This document shows, in pieces, positions 27,579 to 39,135 of a stretch of DNA of 64,000 bases (position 1 is the first letter of the stretch; each line of letters opens with the position of its first letter). The stretch lies in the IMG/VR virus record IMGVR_UViG_3300045972_000138, positions 173,610 through 237,609 of that record; one strand, written 5' to 3'. A model generated the notes under the pieces. It was not told where the DNA came from, did not search any database, and saw only the letters and a list, made by a program, of their open reading frames with translations. The translations under genes and the position numbers were made by a program.

Positions 27579-27822
27579 TGTTTAAATCCAAATACATTAT
27601 TGTTAAATCGGGCAGTAGCACTATTCCTGTGATATTCGGGGATGATGCTGTTCACAAGGATGTTGCGAGAGCGTTTATGCCCGCAAAGATAGTTGGCGCA
27701 GGGTTCTGTTACATCGCAGACGACCAATATCACTGTTACGGTGAGAGCACCAGTCTGCAAATAAAGTCCAACGGCGAAGAAGATGCTAAACTGTTGAACA
27801 CATTTCTGGGTGTAGACTACCA

Positions 27823-28317
27823 ATGAAAACACGCAACGCATCTGGTGTGGAAGGTGTACTACTTAACCCGTACCACAACGAAGGTAAGTGGGTGTTTCGT
27901 ACATATGAGGAAGACGGGACGTTCAAGGACTACGATCTCAACCATTCGGATTTGTCCATAACAATTGATGATATCGATGCTTGCCTGTACGAGCACGATG
28001 ATGGAACGAACAGTCTAGATCACAGTCCCGAAACATTGGGAATTTATTGGGAATTTAAAATGACGAATGCAACTTACTTTAGCGCATCGCAAGCAAAGAA
28101 ATTAGCAGAAGATGCACAATCTTTGCACGGCGAGCATATGCGTGCAGAAACAAACAAGGCGCTGGACAACATCAAGGCTGCTGCAAAGAAAGGTATGAGG
28201 ACGATTACCTTTTACAGTTGCGATCCTATAGTTGTTGCCAGACTGGAGAAATTGGACTATACAGTATCTATTGTACGCGATGGACGCGACGGCGATTTTA
28301 TTAATATTTCTTGGTGA
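27823..28317 (+). CDS. apparent fusion of two small genes via an 11-bp tandem duplication
   Basis: ATTGGGAATTT x2 at 28035-28056 removes a TAA and puts ATG 28060 in frame. Confidence 0.6.
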   Translation: MKTRNASGVEGVLLNPYHNEGKWVFRTYEEDGTFKDYDLNHSDLSITIDDIDACLYEHDDGTNSLDHSPETLGIYWEFKMTNATYFSASQAKKLAEDAQSLHGEHMRAETNKALDNIKAAAKKGMRTITFYSCDPIVVARLEKLDYTVSIVRDGRDGDFINISW

Positions 28318-28322
28318 ACAAA

Positions 28323-28766
28323 ATGACATTATTTGCACAAATCAAATCCGATCAACTTACTGCACGTAAGGCAAAGGACGGCCTAAAGGCAACCTTGTTG
28401 ACTACTCTAATTGGCGAACTTACCGCAGTAGGTAAGAACGACGGTAATCGTGAAGTTACCGATACTGATGTTGTTAAGCTCGTTAAGAAGTTTCTCGACG
28501 GCGTAAACGAAACAATCAAACTAATGCCCGATGCAACCAATGTTGACGGCAGTGCTGATCGGTATGTAAATCTGCTAAAGGAACAAAGTTATCTTGCTCC
28601 GTACCTGCCGCAGCAAATGGACGAAGCTGCTCTTACTATCGCAGTGAAAGCACTCATCCTCGAACAAGGCCCAAATATGGGCAAGATTATGGCAGGACTG
28701 AAGACATTGTACGCTGGCAAGTACGACGGTGCAATGGCCTCGAAGATTGTAAAGATCTTGCTGTGA
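28323..28766 (+). CDS. GatB/YqeY domain protein
   Basis: IKSDQLTARKAKD...LIGEL...VTDTDVVKLVKK...LAPYLPQQM...MGKIM. Confidence 0.85.
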   Translation: MTLFAQIKSDQLTARKAKDGLKATLLTTLIGELTAVGKNDGNREVTDTDVVKLVKKFLDGVNETIKLMPDATNVDGSADRYVNLLKEQSYLAPYLPQQMDEAALTIAVKALILEQGPNMGKIMAGLKTLYAGKYDGAMASKIVKILL

Positions 28767-28991
28767 AACACTTCAGCCAACTTAACGAGCTTGATACACA
28801 AATCTGCCGCCTTGGCGAAATGTACAAGTTGTTTCGTGTAATTTGTAATGGTGCCGATACATCCGATCTAGAAGAGCTTCGTAGTTCCATTCATTACATT
28901 GAAGGCTCGCTGGGCGATATAGCAGAATCGCTTCAGACAAACTTTCAAACGTTGTTTGAAACACTTGCACGTGAACCCGACGAGGACGATA

Positions 28992-29315
28992 ATGGCAATT
29001 GAAGTAAACTATAATCGGAAGATGGTGCCCAAGCAGCAGACTTCATTGAACTTCGAGTACGATACGTTAGAGACCGTCCTTAAAGAAGTCAAGCGCCTAA
29101 TCAAGGACTACGGCAAGGATGCAAAAATTCAATGCCACTGCGATGCATATAGCAATTCTGACAAAGAGTATATGTATGTCTATATGGACGAACTCGAGAC
29201 TGATGGCGAAATGGCAAAGCGTATTGCACAAGAAGAACAGTGGAAGAAAGATTGCGACGAGCGCGATGCGTCCGAATACAGGCGTTTGCAGGAAAAATAT
29301 AACGCAAAGCAATGA
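28992..29315 (+). CDS. hypothetical protein
   Basis: GAGG SD, charged C-terminus. Confidence 0.65.
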   Translation: MAIEVNYNRKMVPKQQTSLNFEYDTLETVLKEVKRLIKDYGKDAKIQCHCDAYSNSDKEYMYVYMDELETDGEMAKRIAQEEQWKKDCDERDASEYRRLQEKYNAKQ

Positions 29316-29505
29316 ACGAGTCGACTAAACAGTCGTTAGCACGCTATTATGCACGTATATCGGACGACGATTTAACGCAGTGCAAAGCAGATATTGGCGA
29401 ACTGTTGAAGCATAGCAAAGTACAAAATCTAGATGATATAAAAGAAAATATATCTCTTATAAATAACGAAATAAAAATACGGTTACAACGAAAGGTCTAA
29501 GGGAA

Positions 29506-29886
29506 ATGAACAAGATTAAAGCGTATGCCATTGAGCACTGGAACGGTAAATTCTCTCTTAGCCATAGCTATTGGTTAAACTCGGTTATCATTGCAACTGT
29601 TATCACACTGATATTCGCATTCGCTATTGGGTTTATATTGGGTGCATCTGCAACAATGGTTGGTGCCGCAATGCCTAGTTCGGCTGTATGCAATTTCTTA
29701 GGCACATTAGCATCTATTCCTGTGTTGGTGTGGTCACTAACAGGTACGTGGAGATCTGCAGAGGCATACAACGCTGCTCGCCCCGACAGCTCGTTTACGT
29801 GGGGTAGCCTTGCTAAAATCGCCATTTGCTTAGGTGTATTACGGACTGTACTGTACTTTATTGGTACATTTATGTTAATATTATAA
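29506..29886 (+). CDS. membrane protein
   Basis: Three hydrophobic segments; SLSHSYW motif. Confidence 0.7.
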   Translation: MNKIKAYAIEHWNGKFSLSHSYWLNSVIIATVITLIFAFAIGFILGASATMVGAAMPSSAVCNFLGTLASIPVLVWSLTGTWRSAEAYNAARPDSSFTWGSLAKIAICLGVLRTVLYFIGTFMLIL

Positions 29887-30799
29887 TATGGCAAACAAGA
29901 AACAAGGTAACCTAACACCTAGCCCGCAATGGTGGAAACACTTACGCGACTGGAAACGTATCTTTTGGAAAAGCGAACGCAATGCCCAAAAGAAAGACAT
30001 CAAAGAGCGGGTTAAAGAATGAACTACAAAGATAACCGAACATGTGATTGCTGCAAACGATCATTTGATGGTGGAATGTCATCCGGTAAGCGTACTTGGT
30101 GGCACCTTAACCACTATCATGGATTCACCGGATTCTTCTGCCCACAATGTTATGACACGGTAAGTCACGATAGCTATAACAAGCCAGAGGATCCGGCGGG
30201 CTTATTAGCAATGACAATTAAACTCGGAGTTAAATATGAAACTTGTTAATATTTTTACAGTGCGTATTGTCTACAAGAGTGGATATACACACGACTTCGA
30301 TGTTACCAAATTCACTATTAAAGGTTCAACCTATGTGTGGGAAAGTGCCAATGATAGCAATAAGCCAATTCAACTAGGTGCAAACGATATTGTAGCCGTC
30401 TACCAAGTCGGTATGCGTAAAAAACTTGTATGGGGTAAACAAAATGCGGAAAGTTAAAATCGATGCAATCACGGCTGACAACATTACCATTTGCACACTT
30501 CGGGATTATCGTAAAACTCTTAAGCAAGAACTAAAGGCTTTCAAGAGGGGCGAGTGGATGCATCCAGAAGATGTGGGCCCTACAATACGCAAGATTGATA
30601 TGCTTACTGAAATCTTAAAGGACTTTGGATATGACAGCGTTTAGTCAATTAAAGAAAATAATGGGTAAAAGAATGCCTGCGCGTGAAATGATCACTACGC
30701 TGGAATATTCATTACCTAATTGGAAAAATATGGTCAAGTCAGGCGATAATCAAGTTCAAACATTCTTAAGCCACTTTGATTGGACATTGGACGAACTAA

Positions 30800-31413
30800 A
30801 TGAACACCTACCGTCTAACAATTAAGACGGAAGATATTAAACGTCTAAAGGAAGATTTTGCCCAACTTACCGATAGTAAGTTATACACTATTGGTAACAC
30901 ATCGAAAGTAGCTTCGTTTGATGCTCAGGTAACAGACGAAGACATTTCCTATTTAAAACTACGATATAAATTTATTCTATTCTATGATCGATATGGTAGT
31001 AGTTTCTAGTAATTTCCAGGCACCGACACAAGAGTGGCCACCAACACGAACATTAAATGTCTTACCACATAATCAAGCTAAAATGTATACGGCATTAGTG
31101 GAGAGCTCTGCACAGTTCTACGAATTTAAGTACACTATACTAAATGATATAGTGGTTTTCACTTTCAGAGCTAACAACGAAGATTACGTTGCTCTTAAAC
31201 TAGCGTATGGAACATGATTCCGATAGTGAATTAGTAACTGCTTGCTTCCGAATGCGTAGCGAAGATGCTATAGATTTGCTGAATTACTGTGAATTAACCA
31301 ATATCTCCGTGTATTATGAGTTGTTTGGCACACAATCTGCTGTTGTGGCACTAAAAGCAACAGAGGAGGACATATCTTTCCTTAAGCTGCTATTCAGGAC
31401 GCGGCGATGGTAA
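30800..31413 (+). CDS. three small EDxxxLKL family paralogs (30800..31009, 30984..31217, 31207..31413)
   Basis: C-terminal TDEDISYLKLRY, NNEDYVALKLAY and TEEDISFLKLLF. Confidence 0.6.
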
Positions 31414-31756
31414 ATACTATTATGGAACCCACCTGCCTAGCTACAATCACAATAAGTGCCGAAGAAGAGATAATGCTCCTTTCTCTTATTTCCGAATTAA
31501 AACTAGAGCATCCATCTTATAAGTGCAACTGCATTGCTCGCAGTAAACCTTACAAAGGTAGGTCCGTATCTAAGTTCGAATTAGATGTTGATCATGCTTG
31601 CATAGAAATTATAAGAAAGCAGTTAGACATTATCCGTATGACAGTTACAGATTACAGCGTAAGCGATTTTCTTGGTCTGCGTACAATGGATATACCCGAA
31701 CACAGATAATCGCGCAATCACTTTACAACCTATTACAAATAGTGTAATATATAGGT

Positions 31757-33045
31757 ATGTCTACATATACTGAAGATCAAACATTTGAAGCTTTATCTAA
31801 ACCTGAATTCGACGTATTAAATGAATTGTTTAGATCTAAGTTTCCTCACGCTTCAGCAGATCTATTCAGCGTAGAAGAAATAGAATTCATTCGCTCATAT
31901 TATTGGGATCATATTGTATTTGGGCAGGCACGAAGCCAAGCCGTGTATAAATCAATTGTTGATATGGCTCGCACAATAGCTAAGAATATGAAGATAACAT
32001 GGTCACTAACTACACAGAAGACGATACATTTCGGCGATTAAGGCAAGTACCATATCACGAAGTACTTGCTTTCGTAAATAATTACTTCAGCGCAAACCCA
32101 CATCACGATGACCACGACGTAGAAGAACACATAATCCCAATGGGTTGGACGTATAACGAATTCTTAAAGATATACAGGCTGCAAGGCAATGACACAAAGA
32201 AAACAGTATTCAGAGGATGACACATTCAATAAGTTGCGCCGCACTACAATACAAGAAATGGCAGCAACTGTAACCGATTACTGTCTTGCCAACGGCGTAT
32301 TTCAGCTACCCAAAGAAATACTAGAACCAATGCTTAACTCGCAAGGATGGACAAAAGAGACATACTTAGGCGAAGTTGAGCGGTTGGAAAGAAAGCTAGG
32401 AATAATAGAATGAATACTGAAGCAGAAACTATTCGCAAACTCAAACGCTCGGACTTTGCTACCACTCTCAATGCTATGCGTAATAGAATGGGGATGGTTA
32501 CGACGACATATAAAACCTACGACCAAGTATTAAAAGAACATCACTGGACCGAAGAAGAGTATAAAATAGCATGTAATAGAGTATATGGTGCACTCTGAAG
32601 ACGACACTTTCCGCAAGCTAATCCAATCCCCATTCAGAGATGTGTATATGGATATAGTTAAACACGGTGCTGTTGATTCCAGCGATGTTATAGCCAAGCA
32701 TCATTGGACAACAGAAGAATACATGTCTGAACTAAATTGTCGCTTATATTTTTTTAAAGTAGAAGGTCGAATGGTGCTATGAAAACTGAAGATGATACCT
32801 ACCGTAAACTAATGCAAACACCATTTAGGGAAGTATTGGACGCACATAGAGCGCTCAACCTATCTACAAGTGAACAATTAGATGCTGTGTTGAAAATACA
32901 TCATTGGACTAAAGACGAGTACAACGCTGCACTCAACCAATATTACACCGATCTAATCGGTAAACAAATTGTTATACAAATGGGCACTGAAAATCTATGT
33001 GCAGGTTTAAGCGATCTAGTAGAAAAATCTATCTACAAGAAATAG
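31757..33045 (+). CDS. six tandem TEDxTF family paralogs (31757..32041, 31999..32220, 32189..32413, 32410..32598, 32585..32782, 32779..33045)
   Basis: N-terminal (T/S)EDxTFxxL and internal (H/G)WTxEEY motifs. Confidence 0.72.
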
Positions 33046-33046
33046 T

Positions 33047-34546
33047 TTAAATTGGATATACAGTAGTAGTGAGTCCTGGCATTGTCGAAAACGTTGCACT
33101 ACTTGGAGTATATGCTAATCCTGTAGGGCCTGTATCACAACCTTCTACATATTGCGCCATTACTATTGATTCATTCTGATATGGTTGCATTGGGGTAGAA
33201 TACACCAAATTACCGTATGTACCTGCAGGTAAACTATATCCAGGAAGTTTTATTATATAGTCGTTAGATAAATTGGTACTGCTATCGTAAAAATAACCAC
33301 CAATAAACATATCTGTTCCTAGTGTAGAAACATTACAATTGAATGCACTTCCTATAAACATACCTATTGTATTTGCCAGGTCGGCCTGTAATCCAATAGT
33401 ACCATCCGAATTATATCTTATAACAAATGCCGGTGTCTGTGCTGAATCGCTTAATGTATATCCTACGTAATAAAGACTGCCGTTAGTATCAATCGCCAAT
33501 CCGTACGTAATCAGTCCTACTAGATTACCAGGAATAACTGTTAATTTCTGTGTCCACACTACATTCATATTAGTATCAAGTTTCATTAACATACCTGCAT
33601 ACAAGCTACCATCAACTGCAAATGTTCCAGCTGTGCCTGCAATATATAAGTTTCCAGCTGTATCTAAAACAATACCGCTTGGATTAAATCCTACATACAG
33701 TTCTGGTTGATTAATCGAATTGTATGCATAGGTAGATTGACTTGTTACTAAGCCAGTGGTTGCATCAAATATTACTAAACGAGTATGTGCTACTCCACCA
33801 ACCATTGTGTATCCAGTAAAGTATGCATTATTGTTGATATCGACTACCACTGCATTAAACGATCCAGGATTACTATAGTAATCCCCATAGTGTCTACTCC
33901 AGGCTCTTATGCCATCCGATGTTATCTTAAACGCAAATGCCTGTTGTAACGTAGCATCCGACTTACTAAGCATTGCCCCTGCTATGAATATACTGCCTGC
34001 CGAATCCGTACATAAGTTATTCACAGACACATCATCGGCAACCGACTCACCAATGAATATAGTGTACTGCCATAGAAAGTTTCCGTCTGCTGCTAACTTA
34101 ATAACAACTGTTTCAACATTACCAGTATCGGCCGAATTCCTGTATACGAATATAACACTGCCTCCTGCATCTGCTGTTACAGCCATATTTGTATTTTCCC
34201 CATATCCATAGACTGTTCTAGAGTTAACATATAGATAATTCCATAGCAACGCTCCATTAGGATCATACTTAACTATGTAAACTTGATTAAGGTTATTCGA
34301 TCCAATACCAAAGCTATTACCTGCGCTATCTATACAGGAATTAATAAAGCTCTTGTTTTCAGCTAACCCTTGCGATATCCAGTAAGGGGAAGTAGGAGGC
34401 GGTGTAGGTGTTGGTGGACCTGGATTTATAACAATAGTCGTTGACTTCTTAACTATATCGCCCGTACCTGAAGGGGCACCTGTCCCATCTTCAACGGATA
34501 AGAATACATTAGGTGCTTTCTTTGTGCTATCTGCTGGCATTGACAT
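33047..34546 (-). CDS. SBBP-like beta-propeller protein with a Pro-rich linker (virion/adhesin-like)
   Basis: Repeated DxxGNxYxxG blades; PPTPTPPPTSPYWIS. Confidence 0.75.
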   Translation of the reverse strand: MSMPADSTKKAPNVFLSVEDGTGAPSGTGDIVKKSTTIVINPGPPTPTPPPTSPYWISQGLAENKSFINSCIDSAGNSFGIGSNNLNQVYIVKYDPNGALLWNYLYVNSRTVYGYGENTNMAVTADAGGSVIFVYRNSADTGNVETVVIKLAADGNFLWQYTIFIGESVADDVSVNNLCTDSAGSIFIAGAMLSKSDATLQQAFAFKITSDGIRAWSRHYGDYYSNPGSFNAVVVDINNNAYFTGYTMVGGVAHTRLVIFDATTGLVTSQSTYAYNSINQPELYVGFNPSGIVLDTAGNLYIAGTAGTFAVDGSLYAGMLMKLDTNMNVVWTQKLTVIPGNLVGLITYGLAIDTNGSLYYVGYTLSDSAQTPAFVIRYNSDGTIGLQADLANTIGMFIGSAFNCNVSTLGTDMFIGGYFYDSSTNLSNDYIIKLPGYSLPAGTYGNLVYSTPMQPYQNESIVMAQYVEGCDTGPTGLAYTPSSATFSTMPGLTTTVYPI

Positions 34547-34566
34547 AATGTGTGCTTTCCTTAAAC

Positions 34567-35982
34567 TTAAACTATTGGAGTAACGATAGTAGTAAGTATA
34601 TATGTTTCGTTTGAAACACTTGGTGTCGGTGTTGAGAATCCAGCATCAGCAGTAGGTATTGTTTGTGGTATAAACCATCCTGCCAATGCCAAATACACAG
34701 GACTATATGATAAGTCAAAGTATGAAAAATTACTATACACGCCTGTCTGTACCGCCGCGCCCGATAACGTAGCAACAGTATCAGCACCAGTACTGGCGGC
34801 ATTATCATCCATGCCGCCTGTGTAAACTATATTAGAACCAGACACACCTAGATTACCATAACTAACCAATCCATCTGTTGCAGGAGAATATGATATTCCA
34901 CCTAGGAATCCAGTTCCACCTTCTGCACTGGTGTATTTAAGTATAACTGCATTAACATTCGGATCGTTATAAACATATCCACCAGTAAAAGCATTACCAC
35001 TTGCATCCAACGAAATACCATTTGTGTAGATGCTTGCCGAACCTCCTCCCGACAATGCTCTCTGCCAAACAATCCCACCAGCACTAGTAAGTTTCATTGT
35101 AACCGAATCAACAATCCCACCAGCAAGATTAACAGTGCGTCCGCTTATAAGAATATTACCTGCTGCATCTGCCGCAATACCTGTTGGAACAATCGTGTTG
35201 TAATATCCAACACCAAAGGAAGAAGGATACACATATGCAGAGTTTTGCTGCACTGTTCCATCTGTACGTGAATACTTTACTACCACTCCCTTAGCAAATC
35301 CGCTGATTTGAATTGCTCCACCAACCCAAATATTGTATGAAGAATCCACCGTAACAGAATAGAAAGAACCACCAGTTCCACTAGCATATGTTCCATAAGT
35401 CTTCTGCCAGTTTATATTCCCAAATGGTGCGGCCTGTATAATAAACGATGAAGTATCAACCCTTACACCAGGCACACTGATATCAACAACTGCTCCAACA
35501 ATACATATATTGTTAGAAGCATCAATGCATATATCGTTAATCGCTACCGCATATCCAGACCCCTTGCTGTACGATGTCTGCCATACTATATTTCCAGTAT
35601 CATCAAACTTCATTAACACTGTATCAACAACCGACCCATTTCCAGCACTATCATATCTGAAAGCAACCAAAGCAGATCCACCCTGATCCACTATAAACAT
35701 ACCTCTATCACCCGTACCAGAAACAGTTGGGGGATACGTCAATATCCTAGTAGAATAAAGTAATCCCCCAGATGTATCATACTTGGCAACAAACATATGC
35801 ATTCCGGTACTAAACTCCGTTCCTATAACAAGTGTATTACCTGCATAATCAATACACGAATCAACTATACCGCCTGCAACAGGATCCGATTTAGATATCC
35901 AATAAGGAGATGCAGGTGGAGGAGGAGTCGAACTACTTGTTACAATAATGTTTGATACTTTCGTGTTTGATATTTTAGTCAT
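34567..35982 (-). CDS. SBBP-like beta-propeller protein, paralog of 33047..34546
   Basis: TPPPPASPYWIS, SCIDYAGN, KYDTSGGLL and repeated blades. Confidence 0.75.
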   Translation of the reverse strand: MTKISNTKVSNIIVTSSSTPPPPASPYWISKSDPVAGGIVDSCIDYAGNTLVIGTEFSTGMHMFVAKYDTSGGLLYSTRILTYPPTVSGTGDRGMFIVDQGGSALVAFRYDSAGNGSVVDTVLMKFDDTGNIVWQTSYSKGSGYAVAINDICIDASNNICIVGAVVDISVPGVRVDTSSFIIQAAPFGNINWQKTYGTYASGTGGSFYSVTVDSSYNIWVGGAIQISGFAKGVVVKYSRTDGTVQQNSAYVYPSSFGVGYYNTIVPTGIAADAAGNILISGRTVNLAGGIVDSVTMKLTSAGGIVWQRALSGGGSASIYTNGISLDASGNAFTGGYVYNDPNVNAVILKYTSAEGGTGFLGGISYSPATDGLVSYGNLGVSGSNIVYTGGMDDNAASTGADTVATLSGAAVQTGVYSNFSYFDLSYSPVYLALAGWFIPQTIPTADAGFSTPTPSVSNETYILTTIVTPIV

Positions 35983-35999
35983 TTTAGAATTTGGCTCCG

Positions 36000-37305
36000 G
36001 AAATAGTTAGGATTAATAACACATATTTACCTAAAATACGACATAACACACAGTAGACCTAAAATGTGTAACACTAGACTAAATCCACAATAAAAAGGAC
36101 GAAAAATGCATAGTAAACAGTAGTTTTGCTATAGAACATACTAGCTAGAACCTTTAAACTACACTCAAAAACACTATATAGCATCCAACTACATAGAATA
36201 TTGCACTTTGTTGCACATTATTGCACTTTTATGGACGTATATAGAATTGAATGTTTTACGTCTAGGTCTCTGTAAGAAAAGAGATCTAAAATAGGAATCC
36301 CCCATAAGAGAATTAGGCCAGATTTCTATCTCAGATTTGGAATTTCAAATAGGAATCCTAGGTTAAAATCTTAAACTTGGCGCTTGAGTCAGAATCCTAC
36401 GCCAAAATCCTGCCTATAGGCGTGTAGAGCACCCTATGTGGGCATTATAGAAGAATAGACCCACCGTGACGAATATCGAGCGCAGCGGTGTAAACATAAT
36501 AGAAATTCAATTAGAATCGATGTCGAACCTTCCTAGACCACGCAGCACCACATAGGATTATCTTTCACTATGCAAACGTTTCAACATAGTTACCGCTTTC
36601 GATATTCTCCAGTATAACCGCATCGACACTGTTATGCTTACTATAGAAACCCACTTTAGCCAAATCTTTCACTATAGCATACCGACGTGAAACCCTATTG
36701 GAAGCCTATTTATACTATAGTTTCACAGTGATAACCGCAGAAATCCTTTTGCTAGGCTAACGGGAAGCAACTGTAACCCACTTTGCTGCACTATAGTCTA
36801 GCAAGATTCTCATAGTGCGCTATGTATAGTGATCGCTATAAGAGTATCACATAGAGTTTCAAAAGGGTTTCGTCTAGGGTTTCGATCAATGAATTTCGAG
36901 TTTCGAAGAGTTTCAAGTGTGGGTTTCTTACAACGGTTTTCGATAAAATTTCTCGTGGTGTGGTTTTTATACAACGGATTTCTGATTGGGTTTCGAATAA
37001 CTAAATCACTTTGATTTAAGAAGTCTAGGGTTTCGATGTGGGCGGTATGTTAGCATATAAACGGCGAATAGGTCAACCACTGGATGGAGACCTTTGTAAA
37101 ACGTTTGTTAACTTGTGGCAAGTATACGACACTTGGTGGATCTGGTGTTTATCTCGCTTTAAGCGATCGGCCACTAGTGATCAAGTTGCGAGGTCCGGGA
37201 ATACCTCGCATTGTCTGCAGTGCTTTTAATTTTTTATAAGCGAGGTTAGGAGTAGAGTTTCTACCTCGCGGGCACTAGTCTTGTGCAATGAATATTAAAG
37301 CGAGG
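36000..37305. other. long non-coding block with phased short repeats (possible origin/packaging/DNA-entry region)
   Basis: No credible ORF; RTTTC(G) units about every 10-13 bp in 36857-37037; 12-15-bp direct repeats; CTCGC/GCGAG chain at 37190-37305. Confidence 0.55.
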
Positions 37306-37316
37306 TAAATAGCACT

Positions 37317-37547
37317 ATGAAAGAAACTATCATTATTTGTTTAATGTGCTCTATACTTGTTCTCGGCTATGCTGGTTCAAGGCCGGCCACTAAGCAGACC
37401 GAGACTGTGCAATGCCCTAACTTAGAGCAATTACTTGCTGAAAAGGTAGCAAAGGAAAAACAGGATCGCTTAGACAAAGCTAAAGAGCGCCGCGATAAAA
37501 TCATCGAAGGTCTTCAAACAATAGACAAAATATTCAGCGACCCTTGA
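37317..37547 (+). CDS. small secreted/membrane-anchored protein
   Basis: N-terminal hydrophobic helix, coiled-coil tail. Confidence 0.6.
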   Translation: MKETIIICLMCSILVLGYAGSRPATKQTETVQCPNLEQLLAEKVAKEKQDRLDKAKERRDKIIEGLQTIDKIFSDP

Positions 37548-37895
37548 CCAAAACTCTGCTATAATGTTTGCATAGGAGAAAAGATATGAATCCTTACAAG
37601 ATCAAAGTAGTCAAGAAAATATACATCAGTGGGACACTCTTCTCTAAACCAGAGATGGCCGCGAGGGCTTATACTGACGCACAATGCCAAGCTTGGTGGT
37701 TGTGCTATAAAGCAATAACACAACTACCACCAAATGCAACCATACGTGGGAGGGCTGCTGTTAACACTACCTTTGATGTTTCTTTGCTACGTGAGCGCCA
37801 AGTGCGTATGTACAAAAGAGTCTTGCCCATATTCAAAAGAATGTTGCAACAGGAATAATTCCTGCTATAATGTTTTAACTTAACAAGGAGTTGAT

Positions 37896-38234
37896 ATGGA
37901 ATACACAGAACGCCAACGCCGCACACTGGCCAACACGTTTAAGAAGGCACTCAAACGCTTGCCGGATTCGTTCAATGAGGTCGGGCCAACCTATGCAAGT
38001 CCGTACATCTGCGACAACATCTATCACGTATCCTGTACCCGATCTGCTGCCTTGGCATCTAGCTTGATTGCTGAACGCATTAACCGCGCATTTAGTATTG
38101 AGCGTTGGTTGAAAGATCAAAGCCCATCGATTTCCGATGATGTGCAACACGATGTACTTTGCAATGACGGCAAGAAGCTGCAAGCTTATCGCAAGGCTTG
38201 GCTTCGTAAGCTGATTGCAGAGTTTGAGGTGTAA
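37896..38234 (+). CDS. distant member of the MKTS..AKGD family
   Basis: YIC...LIAERI...IERWL...QAYRKAWLRKLIAEFE. Confidence 0.7.
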   Translation: MEYTERQRRTLANTFKKALKRLPDSFNEVGPTYASPYICDNIYHVSCTRSAALASSLIAERINRAFSIERWLKDQSPSISDDVQHDVLCNDGKKLQAYRKAWLRKLIAEFEV

Positions 38235-38457
38235 CATGCCAACAGTAGGAGACCTTTGCTGTGCAGACCCCGAAGAAGAAGGGGTGTTTTTGTACGGTGT
38301 TATTACACGCATCGAGGGAGACATCGCATACTCGGACCTTATGCCCGACCATAGCCCCGAGGGATTCGGTGGTGATGTTCCAACAAGTAAACGTGATGGC
38401 ATTTGGGTGTTTACTTCCTTTTAGTGTTATAATAAACATATCGCAACAAGGAGTTAT

Positions 38458-38778
38458 ATGGCAACAGTTAAAATCAAGTTCACATCGCCCGGAATGATGG
38501 GAACTATGTACACGCATATGGTAGGGGAGAAGACTGTTCCCTATGTGCGTGCTTGCCTTAAAGAAGGTGGCTACTACATCGAAGAGTCTGCATTGTTTGA
38601 TGTGCAAGGCGATAGCCAAGACGCAGCCGATGAAGTGTTTGACCTTACCAACAACCCTTCGCGTCAAGATGAGCGTGAGCAGGTTTACGGTCGTGGTCGT
38701 AGCTTGTCTGTAGGCGATATCGTTGTTGTGGGCGAGGAACAGTGGCTTTGCTGTTCCATGGGTTGGAAGGAACTGTAA
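38458..38778 (+). CDS. YodL-like domain protein
   Basis: GRSLSVGDIVVV...GW.EL motif. Confidence 0.55.
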   Translation: MATVKIKFTSPGMMGTMYTHMVGEKTVPYVRACLKEGGYYIEESALFDVQGDSQDAADEVFDLTNNPSRQDEREQVYGRGRSLSVGDIVVVGEEQWLCCSMGWKEL

Positions 38779-39135
38779 TGTTTAAACTAGATAGTACACC
38801 AATCGCATCCGAGTATCTTGAACACAAGAATATGGAATGCACACTGGGCGAGTATGTTGTTACTATTCGCACTCGCACAAAGGACTCGCGGACAGGCAGC
38901 TATGCGCGTGGCTTTAAGTTCAGCAGCAACACATATGGCTTCTTGGTACGCACGCTCAGGGGCACCAAGTACTACAAGCCCTCGCGCTACAGTGCTGATC
39001 ACGGCAAGAGCTGGCACGAGACATTTGAATCAATGCTGAAGCAACGTGCAGGGCTTGTTAAGTTGGATAGCAGCCAGCACAAAGAGTTCGCTTTCGACAG
39101 CATCCAACAGATCAACAAAGACTACGATCGCAACT

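Noticed and set aside
36829-37229. ORFs 36829..37014 and 37038..37229
   Set aside because: They are translations of the phased repeat region, with no SD and low-complexity Phe/Arg/Gly content.
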